A stretch of DNA of 64,000 bases from a virus (lineage: Duplodnaviria > Caudoviricetes): IMG/VR virus record IMGVR_UViG_3300037067_022448, positions 32,001 to 96,000 of that record; one strand, 5' to 3'. The translations under genes and the position numbers were made by a program. Numbering within the stretch: the first letter of the stretch is position 1; each line of letters begins with the position of its first letter. Below the pieces are notes generated by a model that was not told where the DNA came from, did not search any database, and was given only the letters and a program-made list of their open reading frames with translations. Below, piece by piece: positions 29,039 to 37,512 of this stretch.

Positions 29039-29714
29039 TTAAACTCTTACAAACAAAAATACTGGATGTTCCAAAAAATTTTTTTATAAAATAGTTATTT
29101 TGTAAAAAATTTAAGAATTTTGGAAGCCTCCTACCAGAAATTTTTATAATACGTAAATTTGATTTACGAATTAACTTGGACCATTTTCTCACAGATAAAA
29201 ATCTTTCATTACCAAATTCTTGAACTTTCGTAAATCTTCTATTATTTGGTATATCAAAAATAATTAACTTTGCAAATTTTGACTGTTCTGTTAAACTTCT
29301 AATAATATCTTCATCGCTAAAATGTTCCATTAATCCCTGATGGAATATACAATCAATTTTTTTTGATATTTGTATATTAAACATATCAATATTTTTTGTG
29401 TTTAAAAAAGGAATGGATTTATTAATATTAATAAGAACTTTTTCATCTATATCAGAAACTAAAATATTTTTTCTATCAGAAAAGAATAATGATAATGAAG
29501 AAAGACCACTACCAGAACCAAGTTCTAATAAAAAAGAGTCTTTATTTGTAAAATTAATAATTTCATTTAAAAAATCATATTGAATTTTAATTGTTTTTAT
29601 AATTGACCATCCATTAAAAAAGGATGACCAATCATTAATGTTATTTTCCAATATTTTCCTCACTATTTGCACAAAGTTTTTTTGAAAATTCACAATTTTT
29701 ATAAAAACTTTCAT
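29025..29714 (-). CDS. SAM-dependent methyltransferase
   Basis: LLELGSGSG, SDID, DMF, HQGLMEHF. Confidence 0.85.
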   Translation of the reverse strand: MKVFIKIVNFQKNFVQIVRKILENNINDWSSFFNGWSIIKTIKIQYDFLNEIINFTNKDSFLLELGSGSGLSSLSLFFSDRKNILVSDIDEKVLININKSIPFLNTKNIDMFNIQISKKIDCIFHQGLMEHFSDEDIIRSLTEQSKFAKLIIFDIPNNRRFTKVQEFGNERFLSVRKWSKLIRKSNLRIIKISGRRLPKFLNFLQNNYFIKKFFGTSSIFVCKSLNEQY

Positions 29715-30660
29715 TATCTTGATATGGAGTAATATTACTCATACAACTGTTTTCAATTTGTAATATAAGATCATAATTTTGTAGATTAAAATAATTAAAA
29801 GGTATTTCTTGTATTTCTTGTATTTCTTGTATTTCTTGTATTTCTGAATTGTCATTTTTAAATGTTATAAATAAATCAGCAGTTGAATAAAATGATTTAA
29901 CACGATTAATATAATATATTAATAACTTAATATCAATACATTTTGTAACAAAAAAACAAATAGAATAATTAATATTTCCAGTATATTGTCCAAATCTTCT
30001 ATTTATTACATAAAATTTTTGGGAGCCACCAGATTTAAGATAATTAGTTACATTTGTTTCTTTTATTAAATCCTTTATTGAATAATGATTAATAAAAGCT
30101 TCACAAGAAACTATTTTTCCGCCCATTCTGTAAATTTTTGAACAAATATCTTGATCTTGAGCATAATACAAAAAATCAATATTCCAGTAATTATATTTTT
30201 TTAAAGTTTCTGTATACATACATCCTACATATGGACAAGGAAAACTATTAATCATGGGGACAAAATATCCTAATTCTGGCTGTAGCATTCTTTTCATTTT
30301 GAAGGCCCCCATGTCATTTTTAGAAAGACTTTCCATTAAATTACACATAACAAAAAGTCCATTATCGACAATAATTTCATCATCACTTAACCAAGTAACA
30401 AATTTACCTCTAGCTTGTTTAAAACAATTATTATATGCATTTGTTACACCATTTTTGTTTCCAAAAATTGGAATTATATTATTATTTTTTATACTTTTAA
30501 GATATTCTATAGTCCCATCTGTTGAACCAGCATCATTGATAATTATTTCAAATTTTTTGGGTATTGCGCTATTTAAAAAACAAGTTAAAGCTTGTTTTAA
30601 ACTATTTATTCTATTATATGTTCCTAAAACAATACTAATATCTATTTTATCCGTAAACAT
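29641..30660 (-). CDS. glycosyltransferase family 2
   Basis: ISIVLGTYNR, EIIINDAGSTDGT, ARGKFVTWLSDD. Confidence 0.88.
   Translation of the reverse strand: MFTDKIDISIVLGTYNRINSLKQALTCFLNSAIPKKFEIIINDAGSTDGTIEYLKSIKNNNIIPIFGNKNGVTNAYNNCFKQARGKFVTWLSDDEIIVDNGLFVMCNLMESLSKNDMGAFKMKRMLQPELGYFVPMINSFPCPYVGCMYTETLKKYNYWNIDFLYYAQDQDICSKIYRMGGKIVSCEAFINHYSIKDLIKETNVTNYLKSGGSQKFYVINRRFGQYTGNINYSICFFVTKCIDIKLLIYYINRVKSFYSTADLFITFKNDNSEIQEIQEIQEIQEIPFNYFNLQNYDLILQIENSCMSNITPYQDNESFYKNCEFSKKLCANSEENIGK
29802..29845. repeat. 9-bp tandem repeat (GTATTTCTT, ~4.9 copies) encoding EIQ repeats
   Basis: Read directly from sequence; in frame within the GT2 C-terminus. Confidence 0.9.
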
Positions 30661-31241
30661 TATAATTTTATTGCTTCTAAATGGATTGTCGGATATGCAT
30701 TAATATTGGACAATTCTTTAAAATTTCCAAAATTATATTCTCCTAAAAGTTTTTTAAGCGAATTATTAGTATAACCACAATAATGATGAGACCAAATATT
30801 TTTTTGTGTTCCATATAAATATCTTATTGCCAGATTTTCAAGATCTTCTGTATTTGAGTCAATTAGCAATTTTGCCAAACCTTTTGTATCAGGAACACTT
30901 ATTAAAATTTTTCCACCAGTAATTAAAATACGATTCATGTTTTGTAAAAGTTTACCAACATTATATTGTTGAAAATGTTCTACAACTTGATATATAACAA
31001 TTTCTTCTACAGAATTATCTTGAAATGGTAAAGGATATTGTATATCATGATTTAAATCTGCTACAGTTAAAAAATTTTTATTAAGTGAAAATAAAAAATC
31101 ATATTTATAATATTTATCCAAAACTGTCTTATTATTTTCAATTATTTCTTTTGGACAATTATGTATAAGAAAATCTGGATTACAATCTATATTTACATAT
31201 CCAATTAGATAAACTGGACCACATCCTATATGTATCTTCAT
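30660..31241 (-). CDS. SAM-dependent methyltransferase-like protein
   Basis: KIHIGCG..GYVNID, LPFQDNSVEEI...VVEHF, RIL..GG.I.ISVPD. Confidence 0.82.
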   Translation of the reverse strand: MKIHIGCGPVYLIGYVNIDCNPDFLIHNCPKEIIENNKTVLDKYYKYDFLFSLNKNFLTVADLNHDIQYPLPFQDNSVEEIVIYQVVEHFQQYNVGKLLQNMNRILITGGKILISVPDTKGLAKLLIDSNTEDLENLAIRYLYGTQKNIWSHHYCGYTNNSLKKLLGEYNFGNFKELSNINAYPTIHLEAIKL

Positions 31242-31256
31242 TAAAAAAATCTCCTA

Positions 31257-34200
31257 TTAAATAAAATTTAATCTTTTGCTAAGTTCTTCAACTCTTTTAT
31301 AATAAGTGTGTTTATTTTTAACAACCTCTGCTCCTGCTTTTCCAATTTTTTTAGATATTTCAGGATTTGCTAGACAATAATTAACTAATTGTAAACATTC
31401 CTCTGGTGTCTTAAACCATAGAATATTTTCCATATGAGTGAAATATTTTTCCATTCCTGGGATATAATGAGAAACTACTGGCGTACCACTAGCCATAGCT
31501 ATTAGTTGCCTTGCAGAAAAGTACATTTCTACATTATTAAAATTATTTATACTTATAACTACTTTTGCGCTATTATATACTATATTTTGTTCAAAATATA
31601 ATAAGTGCCCCTTACAACATTTTAAATTATCAGGCCAATACATACCATATAAAGAAAAAGCATTTCCAATATTTTTTTCAAGAAGATTTATTATTTCTTT
31701 TCGTATTAATTCCCCTTTATAAAAATATGTTGGATTATGATTTGCACAAAAAACAACATCATTAATTGTTTTGTCTTTTAAATTTTCATCTAGAGGGTAA
31801 AATTTTTCTGGATCATATCCAATTTGCCAATATTCAACATTTTTACATCCAGCATTTCTGTACATCTCTAATTGACCAATGCTACTTATTAACGAAAGAT
31901 CTACTACTTTGCTTATATCTACAAAATAAGAAATAGCTTCGTTTCTTATATCACCTGTCCAATTTGTTATAAATGCTGAAGGACATATTTGTTTAATATC
32001 AGAAATTGTTTGTGGAGAAAATGTATGAGTATCTTGTAATTGCATATGAATCCAATCTGGATTAAAAAACTTTGCTACAGATTTTAATAGTTGACTAGCA
32101 GTATCAATTCCTTCATTTCTGTAACATGTATAAAAATCAAAACTACACAAATTAAAACCATTTTTTAAAAAAGCATCTTCCATTCCTGTTTGTCTGATTT
32201 CTCTGTTATTTATAGGTAAATATAAAACCCTTTTTGATACTAAATTTTCATTAAAAATTTTTACGTAATTTAAATTAAGATCTACAATTTCAATATCAAA
32301 ATTGCTAGTACTAATGTCATTTATAATTTTTTTTATAAAGTCAAGACTAACATTTGTTCCATTTGTATTTTTCGATTCTATCCCATTTTCATTTATTGAA
32401 AAAATTAAATCACACTGTTCATTTTTTAATAATTTAACAAATGGTAGTTGTTTTACGACAAATTCATATGACTCATTATTTGAAATAAAAAAATAAGCAT
32501 TTTTATAATAACTGTACATAATTTTTATTAATTTTATAAGTTTTTGTTTATTTTGTATATTATTAATAAATAAAAACATTGGATATTGAGAAGATGATAG
32601 AATACCATATCTTTCATTATAAATTATATGAAATTTTTGTCCATAACATTCCTTATTATATTCAGTAATATTTTGTTGTTTAAGCCCATTAAGACAATTT
32701 AAATGATCTATATTTAAATTATCTGTGCTCAAAATTTTTCCACCCATACGCAAACACCGTGCATTAAATTCAATATCTTGCCCATATTGAGGATAATCTG
32801 TATTCCAATAGTTTAATTTTTTAAGTGTTTCTTTACTTACACAAGCAATAACTGGACACAAAAAGGAACCAATTTTTGGAATCCAATATTTTTCATTTAT
32901 ATTATTTCTATAACTAAATGCCCCAACATCATATAATTTTGAATCTAGCATTAAATTATACATTCTTTCTAAAGAATTATCAATTGGAATAGTATCATCA
33001 CTTAACCAAGTAACAAATTTACCTCTAACTTGTCTAAAACTTTTGTTGTAAGCTTCTGTTATATTTGTTCTATTTCCACTAAAAATTGGTTTAATATGAT
33101 TATCAAATTTACTTAAATTATCTAAATATTTAATAGTTCCATCTGTCGATCCTGCATCATTTATAATTATTTCATATGATATTGGACCAATCGAAAGTAC
33201 TATTGAATTTATAACATTTTTTAATGTTTCTAATCGATTATAAGTACCAAGAACAATACTCATTTTTGGTTCAGTATCTAAAAAATTTAATCTTTTGCTA
33301 AGTTCTTCAACTCTTTTATAATAAGTGTGTTTATTTTTAACAACCTCTGCTCCTGCTTTTCCAATTTTTTTAGATATTTCAGGATTTGTTAGACAATAAT
33401 TAACTAATTGTAAACATTCCTCTGGTGTCTTAAACCATAGAATATTTTCCATATGAGTGAAATATTTTTCCATTCCTGGGATATAATGAGAAACTACTGG
33501 CGTACCACTAGCCATAGCTATTAGTTGCCTTGCAGAAAAGTACATTTCTACATTATTAAAATTATTTATACTTATAACTACTTTTGCGCTATTATATACT
33601 ATATTTTGTTCAAAATATAATAAGTGCCCCTTACAACATTTTAAATTATCAGGCCAATACATACCATATAAAGAAAAAGCATTTCCAATATTTTTTTCAA
33701 GAAGATTTATTATTTCTTTTCGTATTAATTCCCCTTTATAAAAATATGTTGGATTATGATTTGCACAAAAAACAACATCATTAATTGTTTTGTCTTTTAA
33801 ATTTTCATCTAGAGGGTAAAATTTTTCTGGATCATATCCAATTTGCCAATATTCAACATTTTTACATCCAGCATTTCTGTACATCTCTAATTGACCAATG
33901 CTACTTATTAACGAAAGATCTACTACTTTGCTTATATCTACAAAATAAGAAATAGCTTCGTTTCTTATATCACCTGTCCAATTTGTTATAAATGCTGAAG
34001 GACATATTTGTTTAATATCAGAAATTGTTTGTGGAGAAAATGTATGAGTATCTTGTAATTGCATATGAATCCAATCTGGATTAAAAAACTTTGCTACAGA
34101 TTTTAATAGTTGACTAGCAGTATCAATTCCTTCATTTCTGTAACATGTATAAAAATCAAAACTACACAAATTAAAACCATTTTTTAAAAAAGCATCTTCC

Positions 34201-34850
34201 ATTCCTGTTTGTCTGATTTCTCTGTTATTTATAGGTAAATATAAAACCCGATGTGAATTAAGGTTTTTATCAAAATACTTAATATATTTTGTATTTTTAG
34301 TAATAGTTGTATTTTGTAATGTTGCTATTTCTGTTGTTGTAGAATTTATAGTATTTGGTATTGGCGGCGACACAATTGGAGAATTAGATGATGAAGAAAT
34401 GGGAACAAATAAGCTAGGATTTTTTGAATTTTCTACTGCTATTTTTGAAATAAAACAAACTGTATTATTTTCAACCAATTCAACTATAATTTTTCTAATA
34501 AATAAAGAACCAGTCCCTCCAGGATTTCTCCAAATCCTAAAAACCATTGGAACTAATTTTGGGAAATCTAAAGTTTTTATATTAAAATTATATAAATACC
34601 AGTCTGTACTATCACAACAAAATTTAATTTGAGGGAAATCATAACTTGGGTTTCCATAAATATTACAGTATAAAATTCCATTGCCATTTCTTTTAGCCAT
34701 TTCAAGTTTAATACAATACGTTACATTTGGCAAAACACTTACTGGAACAAATATTAATGCTTGACTACCACACATTTCTATAAATTTTCCATTAGTGTCT
34801 TTTCTTACTCCAAGATTTTTCCCTCTAAAAGAAGGTTGAAAAATTTCCAT
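31257..34850 (-). CDS. multidomain glycosyltransferase: CBM-like N-terminus, S/T/P linker, CgeB-like GT-B domain, GT2 domain, second copy of the CgeB-like domain
   Basis: GYDP..FYP, DVVFCAN, YNSAKVVISIN, SARQ..AMASG, HTY.KR in both copies; central SIVLGTYNR/DAGSTDGT/WLSDD. Confidence 0.85.
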   Translation of the reverse strand: MEIFQPSFRGKNLGVRKDTNGKFIEMCGSQALIFVPVSVLPNVTYCIKLEMAKRNGNGILYCNIYGNPSYDFPQIKFCCDSTDWYLYNFNIKTLDFPKLVPMVFRIWRNPGGTGSLFIRKIIVELVENNTVCFISKIAVENSKNPSLFVPISSSSNSPIVSPPIPNTINSTTTEIATLQNTTITKNTKYIKYFDKNLNSHRVLYLPINNREIRQTGMEDAFLKNGFNLCSFDFYTCYRNEGIDTASQLLKSVAKFFNPDWIHMQLQDTHTFSPQTISDIKQICPSAFITNWTGDIRNEAISYFVDISKVVDLSLISSIGQLEMYRNAGCKNVEYWQIGYDPEKFYPLDENLKDKTINDVVFCANHNPTYFYKGELIRKEIINLLEKNIGNAFSLYGMYWPDNLKCCKGHLLYFEQNIVYNSAKVVISINNFNNVEMYFSARQLIAMASGTPVVSHYIPGMEKYFTHMENILWFKTPEECLQLVNYCLTNPEISKKIGKAGAEVVKNKHTYYKRVEELSKRLNFLDTEPKMSIVLGTYNRLETLKNVINSIVLSIGPISYEIIINDAGSTDGTIKYLDNLSKFDNHIKPIFSGNRTNITEAYNKSFRQVRGKFVTWLSDDTIPIDNSLERMYNLMLDSKLYDVGAFSYRNNINEKYWIPKIGSFLCPVIACVSKETLKKLNYWNTDYPQYGQDIEFNARCLRMGGKILSTDNLNIDHLNCLNGLKQQNITEYNKECYGQKFHIIYNERYGILSSSQYPMFLFINNIQNKQKLIKLIKIMYSYYKNAYFFISNNESYEFVVKQLPFVKLLKNEQCDLIFSINENGIESKNTNGTNVSLDFIKKIINDISTSNFDIEIVDLNLNYVKIFNENLVSKRVLYLPINNREIRQTGMEDAFLKNGFNLCSFDFYTCYRNEGIDTASQLLKSVAKFFNPDWIHMQLQDTHTFSPQTISDIKQICPSAFITNWTGDIRNEAISYFVDISKVVDLSLISSIGQLEMYRNAGCKNVEYWQIGYDPEKFYPLDENLKDKTINDVVFCANHNPTYFYKGELIRKEIINLLEKNIGNAFSLYGMYWPDNLKCCKGHLLYFEQNIVYNSAKVVISINNFNNVEMYFSARQLIAMASGTPVVSHYIPGMEKYFTHMENILWFKTPEECLQLVNYCLANPEISKKIGKAGAEVVKNKHTYYKRVEELSKRLNFI
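31263..32230. repeat. 968-bp direct repeat, copy A
   Basis: Matches 33282..34249 at offset 2019; one mismatch seen (31370 C vs 33389 T). Confidence 0.93.
33282..34249. repeat. 968-bp direct repeat, copy B
   Basis: Matches 31263..32230; identical antisense ORFs 31565..31765 and 33584..33784 confirm the offset. Confidence 0.93.
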
Positions 34851-34862
34851 TTGTTCTATCCT

Positions 34863-37136
34863 TTAAAACATTAATTTATATAATTTATTTATATCTGTGT
34901 TTTTTGCTTGTTCTTCAAAAGAACCTACAATTGCTTTACAATTTATAGAGAAATTATTCCATAGTTTTTCATATCTAAGTTTTGTAATGGAGGCTATATA
35001 TCCCAAGTAATCATTGTAATTATTTAATAGAAAACCATTAACTCCATCTTTAATTATTTCAGATATTGCGCCAACATTAGAAGCTATAACGGGAGTACCA
35101 ACACTCATTGCCTCAAGAATAACTAGTGGCATACCTTCCATTATGGATGGAAGCATTAAAACATCAAAAGCGGCATAATATTTTTCAACGTTTGTCTGTT
35201 TACCAACAAAGAATATATTTTTTAACGGGGCTGCTATTTGTCGTAAAGCCATTTCTTGAGGACCATTCCCAACAAAAACAAAAGAAATATCAGGCATATT
35301 TTTAGCACATTGAAAAATTACAGGAATATTTTTCTCTGGTGAAAGCCTACCAACAAATCCAACAGTAAATCCATCTGGAATTCCATACTGTTTTAAAATC
35401 TCTTTAGAGCGTTCTATTTTGAACCTATTCCAATCAATAGGTTGTGGTAGAACAACAACATTTCTGTTACCAAATTTATTTAATTTTTGAGCCATGGTTT
35501 GTGAAACGGCAACTATCATTGTAACCATTTTTTCCCTGGTTGCAACTTTAGTCATTGAATCGCTCCAACTTAAGTCGCTATGTACTGTTTCAACAACCCG
35601 ACATCTCCACCCTTGTGTCCAAGCTAATTTAAGAATTTCATAGACACCAAAGCTATTGTAAAAATGGATTATAGCATAATTCTCTGCTTCCAGGGCACAC
35701 TTAAGAGACCAAAGTTGTCCATTGTTTGTAAAATCTTCAACATAAGCGCCAACATCGACAAACATTTTTTTAAGTTCTGGTGTTGCATTTAAACAAGCAA
35801 CATAAGGTTCATAAATATCCTTATCTAATTGTTTAATAACTTCTTTAATCCAAGTTTCGCCGCCACCACATATTTCATAAGGAACAACATAAAGTACTTT
35901 TTTTTTAGATTTAATTCTAAAAGACTTTTCTGGAATTGGAAGATCAAGAATCATTTGAGCTGCCGACTCCCAAGAAAATTTTTCAACTGTTTCTTTTGCA
36001 GCCATTTTAATCCGCGCCTTCTCTTTGTCTAGATTTTCATAAGCATATCTTAATAGTTCAGTAAAATGTTTTATGCTTGGGTCACCAGTTAAAGCTTTTG
36101 TGTTGTATGTCCAATATTGATGAGATGCTGGTGCTTCCATCTCTTTTGTATCAACCAATAATGAATTGTCATCGTTTAAGTATTCGAGTTGTCCACCATA
36201 ACGAGGAGCTATTACTATATTTCCACAGGCAAGACTTTCAAGACCAGGAAGCCAAAAACACTCAATAGAACTCATATTTACTACTATATCACAGGCAGTA
36301 TATAGAGAACCTATATTTTCAATAAACGTATCATTTATAACTTCAATTTCTGGTGGGTTTTTATATTGTGAATATAATTTTTCAAGAATTTCTTTAACAT
36401 CAACCTCAAAAGCCATTTTTGAATTTGGCTTTTTGAAATTAGTTTTAAGCACTAAACAAACATCATCCTTTGATGTAAAAGCGTCCAAGTATCCTTTAAA
36501 AACACGATCATATAGTTTTCTACCATGTGGTTGTATAGTGTTACAAAATATTTTAATTTTTTTTTGTGTTTGTAATTTAAAAGGTGGAATATCTGGATTA
36601 AAAATAGTAGTATCTACTCCATGTGGAATAATCAACATTTTATCTTTTGGTATTCCATTTTGTTTAAATATTTCATGAGCAAATTTACTAGAAGGCAAAA
36701 TATAGTCAAGCGCCCTATGATATTCTTGCCAACCTGGAGGAAATACTGAATTATCTAAATTCCAAATTATAGCTCTAGCACGCGACTGCGGATAAAATCT
36801 ACGAGGAGCTTGATAAAGAATTGTATATGCTAACTCTAGATCATAAAAATTTCTATCCTGAATTTCTGGAAAACGATTTTTTGATGTGGTTATAATAATA
36901 TTTCTATTTTCATCTAGAAAATCGGCATCAATAAATTCACCTTGTTCATTTATCAAATGACTATGATATCCTGGTAAAAGTAAATGTTTTAAGTTGTCCG
37001 GAAAATATTTTAAACTATTTGTTGATTTTATGAAAATTTCATGACCACCAATTTTATCCATTGCTCTAGCTAGTGATTGAGTAACAATTGACCAAGAATG
37101 AAGTTGTCCAACCATTCCATGCCATCTTATACGCAT
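34863..37136 (-). CDS. tandem two-domain GT4-like (GT-B) glycosyltransferase
   Basis: IPHGVD, ECFWLPGLESLACG; GGGE, VGFVGRLSPEKN, EGMPLVILEAMSVGTPVIASNVG. Confidence 0.9.
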   Translation of the reverse strand: MRIRWHGMVGQLHSWSIVTQSLARAMDKIGGHEIFIKSTNSLKYFPDNLKHLLLPGYHSHLINEQGEFIDADFLDENRNIIITTSKNRFPEIQDRNFYDLELAYTILYQAPRRFYPQSRARAIIWNLDNSVFPPGWQEYHRALDYILPSSKFAHEIFKQNGIPKDKMLIIPHGVDTTIFNPDIPPFKLQTQKKIKIFCNTIQPHGRKLYDRVFKGYLDAFTSKDDVCLVLKTNFKKPNSKMAFEVDVKEILEKLYSQYKNPPEIEVINDTFIENIGSLYTACDIVVNMSSIECFWLPGLESLACGNIVIAPRYGGQLEYLNDDNSLLVDTKEMEAPASHQYWTYNTKALTGDPSIKHFTELLRYAYENLDKEKARIKMAAKETVEKFSWESAAQMILDLPIPEKSFRIKSKKKVLYVVPYEICGGGETWIKEVIKQLDKDIYEPYVACLNATPELKKMFVDVGAYVEDFTNNGQLWSLKCALEAENYAIIHFYNSFGVYEILKLAWTQGWRCRVVETVHSDLSWSDSMTKVATREKMVTMIVAVSQTMAQKLNKFGNRNVVVLPQPIDWNRFKIERSKEILKQYGIPDGFTVGFVGRLSPEKNIPVIFQCAKNMPDISFVFVGNGPQEMALRQIAAPLKNIFFVGKQTNVEKYYAAFDVLMLPSIMEGMPLVILEAMSVGTPVIASNVGAISEIIKDGVNGFLLNNYNDYLGYIASITKLRYEKLWNNFSINCKAIVGSFEEQAKNTDINKLYKLMF

Positions 37137-37148
37137 ATATCTTTCCTC

Positions 37149-37355
37149 TTATCTTTTTGTTATAATTACTTTTTCATTTTCATCAACAACAATACGATCT
37201 TTATAAGCTTTATAAAGATCAGCTATTATTTCTCTTACTACTCCTGTAACTGTTTTATAATTTTCTTTCGAATATCCAATTAGAAAATCAAAGAGTTCTC
37301 TTTCTAATCTTATATTAATCTGTTTCCTTTCTATATTTTTTGATAATTTATCCAT
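37149..37355 (-). CDS. ribbon-helix-helix (CopG/Arc-like) DNA-binding protein
   Basis: KQINIRLERELFDFL...TVTGVVREII pattern; first gene after an AT-rich intergenic gap. Confidence 0.65.
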   Translation of the reverse strand: MDKLSKNIERKQINIRLERELFDFLIGYSKENYKTVTGVVREIIADLYKAYKDRIVVDENEKVIITKR

Positions 37356-37512
37356 TTTACCTACTTGTAGTAATTAAAAAATTTATTTATTCACACTGAA
37401 AAACCCAATCAACTTGCTGCCGAGCAGTTCACACCTGTATATAATTTATATCTAAATGAATACTTATTGATAGATTTTTAATTTAAAAAATTGTTAGTAT
37501 TTTATACAAAAT

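Noticed and set aside
29802-29845. ON/OFF phase-variation tract
   Set aside because: Unit length of 9 keeps the frame, so slippage would only alter linker length.
31263-34249. Diversity-generating retroelement TR/VR pair (the single mismatch is A-to-G on the coding strand)
   Set aside because: Repeat is ~1 kb with only one difference seen, both copies are coding, and there is no reverse transcriptase in the window.
37356-37512. Promoter/terminator calls in AT-rich intergenic gaps (also 14945-15021 and 28001-28162)
   Set aside because: Only short hairpins and weak -10-like hexamers expected by chance at this AT content; no specific element is supportable.
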